This document shows, one piece after another, positions 57,453 to 64,000 of a stretch of DNA of 64,000 nt. Each line of letters starts with the position of its first letter. The stretch's first letter is position 1. Source of the DNA: Abditibacterium sp. Its GTDB lineage: Bacteria; Armatimonadota; Abditibacteriia; Abditibacteriales; Abditibacteriaceae. The notes beneath the pieces are model-generated. The model made no database searches. It was given only the letters and a program-made list of their open reading frames with translations, and was not told the origin of the DNA. The stretch is from positions 384,001 through 448,000 of the forward strand of contig CBDASK010000003.1 in assembly GCA_965199495.1 (NCBI GenBank). The letters are read 5' to 3'. Both the position numbers and the translations under genes were made by a program.

Positions 57453-59723
57453 TTACGGCGAGACCAAGTAGGAGCGAATCTTACTGTTTTGACAGGCGAT
57501 AAGCATAAGTGCAGGTCTTCCTTCAGGATGTAGCTTCTCAGTGAGCCACTGCATCTGTTTTTTGTCCTGCTTGCTTTCTTTGCAGGGAACGTTATCTGGA
57601 TGTGAATGCCATTCGCCGATGTAAGTGACTTGGTTCATCGTCACTTCGCCAACGCGTTTCAAAGTCTCTTCCATTCCTTCAACTCCCCTCTCGCAACCGC
57701 ACAATTCTTCTACAGAGTCAGCAGGAGCGGGCAACGCCTGGCAAATGTAAGCTCGCTTGCGCTGCATATCCAAGTAACCCAGCAGTGCGCCGCAAGTTTC
57801 GCGTGGCAAACATTCTGAACGGTATCCAAGGATAGTTCGCTTTAAGTCCTCGTCAAAAATTATCGTCCATCCATCTGCCTGATGCAAAACAGGTTTTGAC
57901 AAAGCAATATCTACACGCGTCACCGTCATCTCTTCCGAGTGACAGCGCCAAATATGCAAAACGGCCTCGGAGCTATTTGCAATGCGACGCACGGCACTGG
58001 CGCCGATGGCGGCGTGCAGTGCCACGGCCTCCTGCGAGATATGCGATGTCAAATCACGGCATCCACCGCTATAGCGGCTTTGTGTTTCAGAATTGCCGAA
58101 GTATCCTTCCAACCGAGCGTCTTCAAGCAGTGCGCGCAGATATTGAAGTTCGATAACATCTAACGGAATAGTGCGATTGCCGTCTTCGGCCATCGCAACC
58201 AAATCTAAACCGCTCGGACTTAAAAATAGCGAAGCGCGCTTCGAGACCGCTTTCCAATTTAAAGCGAGATGACGTGAGACCGCAACGGAAGCGCTCATGT
58301 CCAAAATCAATTCTGCGGCTTCGGCGCTTTTTTCTAAATCTGATGCATCAATCAACGGCGTCAAAACATCAGTAACTATGGCTTGCGCCAGAGGTGTGCC
58401 GTCAAACATTTGATTCGCTTGAGTTGCCATCTCGACTGCTTTCGCTAAACCAAAGCGGCTTCCCAGAATGGCATGACGCACGGCGTTGTGAGGCGCAAAA
58501 TAGTCGCTATCGACAAGCGTCCATTGTCCCCATCCTTGACGAGCAAGATTCTCAAAGACCTGAGAACCCAAAGCACCCATTCCTACCGCGAGAACAGAAG
58601 TTTTATTACGCGAATCCTGACCGCTCAATACGGATGCTCTTTGGGCTGTCAATTTGAACTCAGGCGAAAGCATGGTCACGCGCACTTGTTTGGCTCGTTC
58701 GCGCACGGTATCCAAAGACGTGAACAAAATTTGAGACGACGTTGCCGGTTTAGAGCCAGCAATAACGGATGGTGCTCGTCCCAAAATTTCGAGAGTGACA
58801 CCAAGCTCAACGGGATTAATATCTACTAAATGCCCAGATTTGAGGGTTTGACACCTGAATCCAAAAACATCGGTGGCCTCAGCATTTTGTCCGGCGTTGC
58901 GTGCTTTTGGAATTCCGACTACTAAAATAGTTCCGACAGCATTTGGCAGTAGCTGACTCGCTTTTTCCTGAAGTCGCCTCTTTAGATTGGCCGCGAGATC
59001 GTAACCTGCACGCTGACAAAGTTGGTCGAGATCATATAACGTTACCGGTTCAGCTCTTATGATGCCATGTTCTTGAACTGGTAATTGAAAGGGGAAAAGC
59101 AGGAAGGGCTGACCTGGACGCCCTTGTGCCATGCTGCCCAGCCTGTCTGCAATTAGGATTTCTCTCTCTCCGGTGTTCGCGCTATAAACCATCAACATTT
59201 CCAGAGCGGACGAGGTAAAAATATCAGGAGGCAAAATCAAGGGACGACTAAATCCGCCGATGAATGGCTCCAGACTTTGATCCTCTTTGTGCAAGGTGCC
59301 GCAAGCGGTTTCTCTAAGCCACCATAATATCCTCTCCCCCAGCAACGCGGGAGTCCAACGCAAGTTAAGGTCTTCTCTACGTTCTGCAAATAGACACAGG
59401 CTCTTGGGAAATTCCGATCTGGAAAGGTTCAAATGCGGGACTTGCGGGAAGTCCTCGCGCATGGACACGACTTCGGGTAAATGACTGGGGTCATCACCAA
59501 ACAGCACCGCCAATTGCTCTTCATAACGGATGTCGTTAATCGAACGTTGCGGCACCTGGGGTTTAGCGGTGACAATGATGATTTCAGAACCATTGATTTT
59601 GTAGCACTCGCCCAGTTCAAGATAAGGATTTAAATCGGACGAGACATAGCGAGCAAATGACTTCGCCCGCTCCAAAGACAATTCAGTGACCGAGATGAGC
59701 GACTCAGACTCGAAAAGTTCCAT
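57453..59723 (-). CDS. E2-E1(ThiF)-JAB fusion (Cap2/Cap3-like ubiquitin-like transferase/peptidase)
   Basis: E2: FPQVPHLN..SLCLF; E1: GMGALGS, DSDYFAPHNAVRH, GGC; JAB: ETCG, YIGEWHSHP, SKQD. Confidence 0.9.
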   Translation of the reverse strand: MELFESESLISVTELSLERAKSFARYVSSDLNPYLELGECYKINGSEIIIVTAKPQVPQRSINDIRYEEQLAVLFGDDPSHLPEVVSMREDFPQVPHLNLSRSEFPKSLCLFAERREDLNLRWTPALLGERILWWLRETACGTLHKEDQSLEPFIGGFSRPLILPPDIFTSSALEMLMVYSANTGEREILIADRLGSMAQGRPGQPFLLFPFQLPVQEHGIIRAEPVTLYDLDQLCQRAGYDLAANLKRRLQEKASQLLPNAVGTILVVGIPKARNAGQNAEATDVFGFRCQTLKSGHLVDINPVELGVTLEILGRAPSVIAGSKPATSSQILFTSLDTVRERAKQVRVTMLSPEFKLTAQRASVLSGQDSRNKTSVLAVGMGALGSQVFENLARQGWGQWTLVDSDYFAPHNAVRHAILGSRFGLAKAVEMATQANQMFDGTPLAQAIVTDVLTPLIDASDLEKSAEAAELILDMSASVAVSRHLALNWKAVSKRASLFLSPSGLDLVAMAEDGNRTIPLDVIELQYLRALLEDARLEGYFGNSETQSRYSGGCRDLTSHISQEAVALHAAIGASAVRRIANSSEAVLHIWRCHSEEMTVTRVDIALSKPVLHQADGWTIIFDEDLKRTILGYRSECLPRETCGALLGYLDMQRKRAYICQALPAPADSVEELCGCERGVEGMEETLKRVGEVTMNQVTYIGEWHSHPDNVPCKESKQDKKQMQWLTEKLHPEGRPALMLIACQNSKIRSYLVSP

Positions 59724-59725
59724 AT

Positions 59726-60850
59726 TCAACCCGCGCGGGTGGGAGTTTGTGTGGCTGCTGACGCCGGAGCCGGAGTTGAAGCAGACTCGATTTCAAAACC
59801 AGAGCTACCGATGTTCACGACCATCGGTTTAGGTGCTGTTGGCGAAGGATGCTCCATCGTAACTTTGAACTGCCCATTAACACGATTGATGTTTTCGACG
59901 TGATAATTTTTGGATTGAAAGTGAGGCGGCTGCGTTTGCTCCTGACTCATCACGCGTTCGCTGGTGGAAATAACCAAAGCTCGCTCCGACGCCATTTCAA
60001 ACCATTCTTTGATCAGGGGTTTGGGCACTGTTTTCGTTGCACCTTTGATGTCGCTCAAAGATTTGTAGCTACAATGATGAGGCAACTTGAAAACATCGAA
60101 CTCCAAGCGGTGCTGGTTACCATGCTTTTTGGATATGCTCACGATATCCTCCATTGAGACCCATGTGGTATCGCCACCAAAAATCACCCTTGTTTCAACG
60201 CCGCCACTCACAAAAACGGTCTGCATCACAATGGAATCTTGATTGCGATCTTCGACTTCTCGTTCGTTAATCCGGTGGGCGTGCGGCGAGTGCAGAAAGA
60301 ACTCGACTTTATCCTCATCTTTGGTAAAGCCCTCGATAGTCTGGCCCGCATCGGTAATAAGATGTTTGCGCGATTCCAGTGTCAAACCTTCGCCTTCGAG
60401 CCACTGTTTCAAACGCGCGGGTCGCCCAAAGACGCGAATGCCTTCACCTTTTTTGAGCCGGTGTCTGGCCTCAGCGCGCCAAATGCGCGAGTCGTCCTCG
60501 ACGCCAGCCTCAGTGATTGCGCCAGAAGGCACCCACAGCGTTTTGATTTTGTAGCGGCCTTCGCCCTGGTATTTTTGTGCGTGTTCCAGATGGAAGAAGT
60601 CGGCTGCTCCCGCAATATGATCGTTGTCGATATGGGTGATACAGAAAACATCGACATCGGTTCTCTTCTTGGCTGCCAGCTTCGCCGAAATATCCGATTT
60701 GATGTCCCATCTCAAGTCAAACTTATTGGTTGAACTCTTGACGTTCGCGTAATCAAGGACAAAAACTCGGTCGAGACCCGAAACGGTCTCCTCGAAGTCA
60801 ATGAAAAGAGTGTCGGCGTTGCCAAGAGGATAAAAGGTGAGTTGGTGCAT
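59726..60850 (-). CDS. Metallo-beta-lactamase fold (ComEC-like) protein ending in a flexible Gly tail
   Basis: LGNAD, THIDNDHIAG, NQDSIV, GGD, KLPHHCS; tail ...TPAPASAATQTPTRAG. Confidence 0.88.
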   Translation of the reverse strand: MHQLTFYPLGNADTLFIDFEETVSGLDRVFVLDYANVKSSTNKFDLRWDIKSDISAKLAAKKRTDVDVFCITHIDNDHIAGAADFFHLEHAQKYQGEGRYKIKTLWVPSGAITEAGVEDDSRIWRAEARHRLKKGEGIRVFGRPARLKQWLEGEGLTLESRKHLITDAGQTIEGFTKDEDKVEFFLHSPHAHRINEREVEDRNQDSIVMQTVFVSGGVETRVIFGGDTTWVSMEDIVSISKKHGNQHRLEFDVFKLPHHCSYKSLSDIKGATKTVPKPLIKEWFEMASERALVISTSERVMSQEQTQPPHFQSKNYHVENINRVNGQFKVTMEHPSPTAPKPMVVNIGSSGFEIESASTPAPASAATQTPTRAG

Positions 60851-61026
60851 AGTGAGTTATTTCTGAATTGATCCCGCTTAACGCAAAGATAAATACAATT
60901 ATAGCACATCAGGGGCCATTTATTCGGTTTCAGTGACCTGTATGAATACTTTGTCGCGTTTTCATCGTTAAAGAGCAATAGAAAATTACTATAAGAGGTT
61001 GAGGTTTCTTTGCCGCGAGCGAGTAT

Positions 61027-61743
61027 TTACAAATCTTCAATGGCTTCCAGCAGACGTAAAGCGTAAGCCTCTGCTCCAAGCCTCACGAAATTCTCGTTAA
61101 CAACAAAAAACCAAACTACAAAAGCGAGAATACACGCTCCCAAACTGAAAAGAGTTAATGGATTGGCAACTGTTACGCCATTAAAATCTCGGTAGAGCTT
61201 GAAACCTGACAAGGCGATCCCGCTTAGAGAAGAAGCGATCCCGTAATGGCGTAAGCCATAAAGGTTGCGCCGAAATCCGTAATTCATGTTTTCTTCTTTA
61301 ACTAATGGAAACTTTTTATCGTCACGCGTTAACCGGAGAAGAAAATTTCCACAAGAACGATACTGTTCATCGGCGGCGGCATGATCGTGGATTTCCTGCT
61401 GTGGAGTTGGAATTTGAACGTTCTCAATCGCTCGCTGGAGTTTGGCGTGATAGCGTTCTTTGGTAACTCGATCAATCGCAATGTCATTGTGCCTCAACAT
61501 CAAAACAGACGGTAAACCACCCCACTTTTGAACCAGTTGAGACTCCGCCTTCTTGCCAGCATCACGGGCAATAGAAATCAAAATAAATAGCACTCCGGCA
61601 GATACAGCCACGCCCGTCACGGGTTCGGCCAGGCTCTTGATGTTTGGCACCCAGGCAAGAAGGCCAAACAAAACAGGAAGTAGCGTCAAAAGCGCCGGAG
61701 AAAGCCTGGCTCGCAGATTATAAGCATCCATCAATTTGTTCAT
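61027..61743 (-). CDS. Multi-TM (about 4) protein upstream of the MBL/E2-E1-JAB pair
   Basis: Two TMs, soluble loop (WGGLPS..LR, ENMNYGFRRNL), two TMs; co-oriented and AT-rich like the cassette. Confidence 0.7.
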   Translation of the reverse strand: MNKLMDAYNLRARLSPALLTLLPVLFGLLAWVPNIKSLAEPVTGVAVSAGVLFILISIARDAGKKAESQLVQKWGGLPSVLMLRHNDIAIDRVTKERYHAKLQRAIENVQIPTPQQEIHDHAAADEQYRSCGNFLLRLTRDDKKFPLVKEENMNYGFRRNLYGLRHYGIASSLSGIALSGFKLYRDFNGVTVANPLTLFSLGACILAFVVWFFVVNENFVRLGAEAYALRLLEAIEDL

Positions 61744-61879
61744 TGTCTTACATGAAGCATACGCTTCGTGATCATGTTAGTATCTCAATTTACTCTACCA
61801 TAATTGGTTTTCAGGTCAGTAACTCAACATTCATTTTTTCGTCAGCACAAGTTCATAAAGATGAGCTATGATGAAGTGA

Positions 61880-61974
61880 GTTCGGTTTTTGTTCGCGTTG
61901 CGTCCATGCAACACCATGAGCCAATGTCTTCTGCCCGACTTAATGTAGGGACATCAAGCAAACATAAACCGAAC
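61880..61974. promoter_or_regulatory. Candidate operator pair (GTTC-N7-GTTC and an inverted near-copy)
   Basis: gttcggtttttgttc at 61880-61894; gcaaacataaaccgaac at 61958-61974; related copy at 55565-55583. Confidence 0.4.
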
Positions 61975-62032
61975 GCTCATGTCTTCATCCACGTTGGCCG
62001 TATTTTCTGCGGCCCCAACTAATCCACTTTCC

Positions 62033-62458
62033 ATGCCTCGGTCTGCGCCGACTAAAATTAACGGCTCACAAGTCCACAATCGTATCATGGCGCTAATGGC
62101 GCACACAACTCGCTATGCGTTTCAGGGCGAAACACGCTTGGCCAATGATGCGGGCGTATCCAAATCCGCCGTTTCGCGTTTACTGACTGGTCAATCCAGT
62201 CCGTCTTTTGCGTTGGTCGTCGCTCTGACCAAAGCGTTAGAAAAGCGACTGGGGCGCCCCCTCGATCCGCGTGACCTGATTTCGCTGGACGGTAATTATC
62301 CGACGGCTTCCGCCTGCGAGTTAGCGGGTTGCAGAGGGTGTCTGCCAGCCGAAGCCTACGACAAACACAACCGGATCAAACCAGAATACAAAGACATAAA
62401 GCCGGGACAGTGGGCGGTTTCTTTGGATGCAACCGGCGCAATGAAGGAGGTTCGATGA
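62033..62458 (+). CDS. XRE-family HTH regulator with Cys-rich tail
   Basis: RLANDAGVSKSAVSRLLTGQSSPS; C...GC.GC. Confidence 0.8.
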   Translation: MPRSAPTKINGSQVHNRIMALMAHTTRYAFQGETRLANDAGVSKSAVSRLLTGQSSPSFALVVALTKALEKRLGRPLDPRDLISLDGNYPTASACELAGCRGCLPAEAYDKHNRIKPEYKDIKPGQWAVSLDATGAMKEVR

Positions 62459-63132
62459 GTCGCGTAGAAGATGCGGTGTCTCTCGCCGCTTTACTGGCAA
62501 CGCCTACACTCATTTTGCCGATGATCTTGTTACTGAATAGAAAAACTCAGACAGACATAGCTTCCACCAAACCGGAAAGTCCGACACCGCTGCCAGATTT
62601 TCACGAGAAATTCCAAGCTCAACTGCTCGACCTAAGCATCCAAAGTTATGAACAGCTCATCGCTCAGGTGCTACGCGCTGTCGGCTACGAGAACGTGCGC
62701 GTGTTGCGCGATCCGCGTCCTGCGAGGCGCTCTCACAAAGGGCGCAATCGGCACGGCGGTTTTGACATTACCGCTCTGGTCAGCACCGAATTCGATACGC
62801 AACCGATTTTGGTTCAAGTCAAACAATATCAGCGCCCGATCTCACGCCGGTTCGTTGACGAACTGCGCGGCGCGCTGCTGCGCACGCAGGCTCGTCAAGG
62901 TTTGCTGATTACCACTTCGACGTTTGCGCCACGCGCGCACCAAGCGGCCAGCGAAGATCATATCGGGCCGATTCACTTGATTGACGGTTCGGGTTTGCGC
63001 GATCTTTTGGTGCGCCACCGATTGGGAGTTGGTGAAAACAAGCGCGGAAAACTTTATCTGCAAAAACGCTTCTTTCGGCGCTTGGAACACTTCGTTACCC
63101 GCGCTACGGAGGCGACCTGGGAGCAAGTGTGA
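62455..63132 (+). CDS. Mrr-like restriction endonuclease (Mrr_cat)
   Basis: RBS aaggagg; YEQLIAQVL..GY, HGGFDI, VQVKQY, GLLITTSTF, LIDG. Confidence 0.85.
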   Translation: MSRVEDAVSLAALLATPTLILPMILLLNRKTQTDIASTKPESPTPLPDFHEKFQAQLLDLSIQSYEQLIAQVLRAVGYENVRVLRDPRPARRSHKGRNRHGGFDITALVSTEFDTQPILVQVKQYQRPISRRFVDELRGALLRTQARQGLLITTSTFAPRAHQAASEDHIGPIHLIDGSGLRDLLVRHRLGVGENKRGKLYLQKRFFRRLEHFVTRATEATWEQV

Positions 63133-63656
63133 TGGGCCGAACTCACGCTCTCGCGGGCGTGGCTTCTTTGTGGTGTCTGCAACTGTTCCCTGCGGTTGTC
63201 CAGCCCGACTTACTGGCTCCTTTGAGTCTCTTGGCAGCATTGGGAGCGCTACTCCCTGATTTGGACGCGTCCCAATCACAAATCAAGTATTTGTCTTTCG
63301 CTGGTATCACGCCGTTCGTGCCCCTGGCTTCGCTGCTCAACCGCAGATTGGGACATCGCGGTTTATTGCATTCCGCTTTGGGCTGGGGCATCGTTTCCTT
63401 CTTGCTGCTGCCACTTTCTTTTCTCGGAGGCATTGCGGTTCCTCTGGCACTTTCTTTGGGATATGCCAGCCATCTGGCGACCGACGCTTGCACCAAAAGC
63501 GGCATTCCATTTTTGTATCCCAAACGCAAACGCTATCACCTGTTGCCACGCCCGTTGCGCCTGACGACCGGCTCGATGGCCGAAGATGCGGTCTTTGCGA
63601 TCTCCGCCGTTTTGGTGGCGGGACTGATGCTGCGTCAACTTCCGTTTCTCTCTTAA
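63129..63656 (+). CDS. YdjM-family inner-membrane metal-dependent hydrolase
   Basis: GRTH, GALLPDLD, GHRGLLHS, GYASHLATD.CT.SG. Confidence 0.88.
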   Translation: MMGRTHALAGVASLWCLQLFPAVVQPDLLAPLSLLAALGALLPDLDASQSQIKYLSFAGITPFVPLASLLNRRLGHRGLLHSALGWGIVSFLLLPLSFLGGIAVPLALSLGYASHLATDACTKSGIPFLYPKRKRYHLLPRPLRLTTGSMAEDAVFAISAVLVAGLMLRQLPFLS

Positions 63657-63843
63657 CACGACAAAAGTCGCCTTCCGCAAGCGGATAAGCGACCTTCCCC
63701 GGCTCCTTGTCCAAGAGTGGGTCAGCCGAGGCTGCCGCGCTCTCAGACCGGTCTGCCCTTTCAATTTATCCAATCCGCAAAGTCAAAGCTCATCGTGTCG
63801 CGTGTCGGCAACTTCTGATTTATTTCTAATTTTAGTCATCCCT

Positions 63844-64000
63844 ATGATGTTTCCTCTCTTCCGCTACAACTCGGATCAAGAAGAACCCACTCAACCGCCT
63901 TTGAGTATTTTGGTGATGCCACGAGACGTAGGGCGAGAAGGAGCCTGGCGTCCTGACGCACTTATAGCACTGACCAAAACGTTGCGAACATCGGGCTTTT
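63844..64000 (+). CDS. Hypothetical protein, 3'-truncated
   Basis: ATGATG start, open to the window end (MMFPLFRYNSDQEE...). Confidence 0.35.
   Translation, partial: MMFPLFRYNSDQEEPTQPPLSILVMPRDVGREGAWRPDALIALTKTLRTSGF

Larger units (their letters stand above)
31895..64000. mobile_element. tRNA-Asn-integrated genomic island (integrative mobilisable element-like); right end outside the window
   Basis: Serine integrase abutting the tRNA, coupling ATPase and relaxase, ParB/DUF932 module, defence cargo, visible loss of host CGCG-rich codon style and of host REPs. Confidence 0.85.

Noticed and set aside
57453..61743. CBASS type II
   Set aside because: No CD-NTase motif gene; the partner is a metallo-beta-lactamase
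31895..64000. Prophage, or an attR direct repeat of the tRNA 3' end
   Set aside because: No virion genes; no direct copy of the tRNA end found by eye, so the right boundary is probably outside the window

Overview
Bacterial window with two compartments. 1-31.9 kb is GC- and CG-rich core chromosome; three H-X9-DG/DUF1559-like proteins and the general gene style suggest Abditibacteriota/Armatimonadota (inference). It carries a DegT aminotransferase, GT4, TPM+LemA, a metallophosphoesterase, a MoxR-like AAA, WD40, a Zn-free DksA, ccmE/ccmF (system I*-type), mscL, VapBC, HicBA, lptF/G, an lptD-like gene and several REP/REPIN-type palindromes. At tRNA-Asn(GTT) (31823-31894) an integrative island begins and runs off the right edge (>32 kb). 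Its backbone has two large serine recombinases, each preceded by an unlisted small ORF, plus a VirD4/TraD-like coupling ATPase, a Replic_Relax relaxase and a ParB-DUF932-PD(D/E)XK module. There are three cargo modules. (i) A ~13 kb, 10-gene co-oriented operon is the best candidate for an undescribed NTP-driven conflict/defence system: orphan NrdG-like radical SAM, double-AAA SpoVK/CbbX ATPase, degenerate Hsp70, two coiled-coils, vWA-like, FGE-sulfatase-like, GAP1-N2, Zn-ribbon GTPase and a membrane protein. (ii) A TM + metallo-beta-lactamase + E2-E1-JAB ubiquitin-like cassette (6A-MBL-like). (iii) An XRE-Mrr-YdjM operon. All family calls come from reading motifs by eye; no searches were run.
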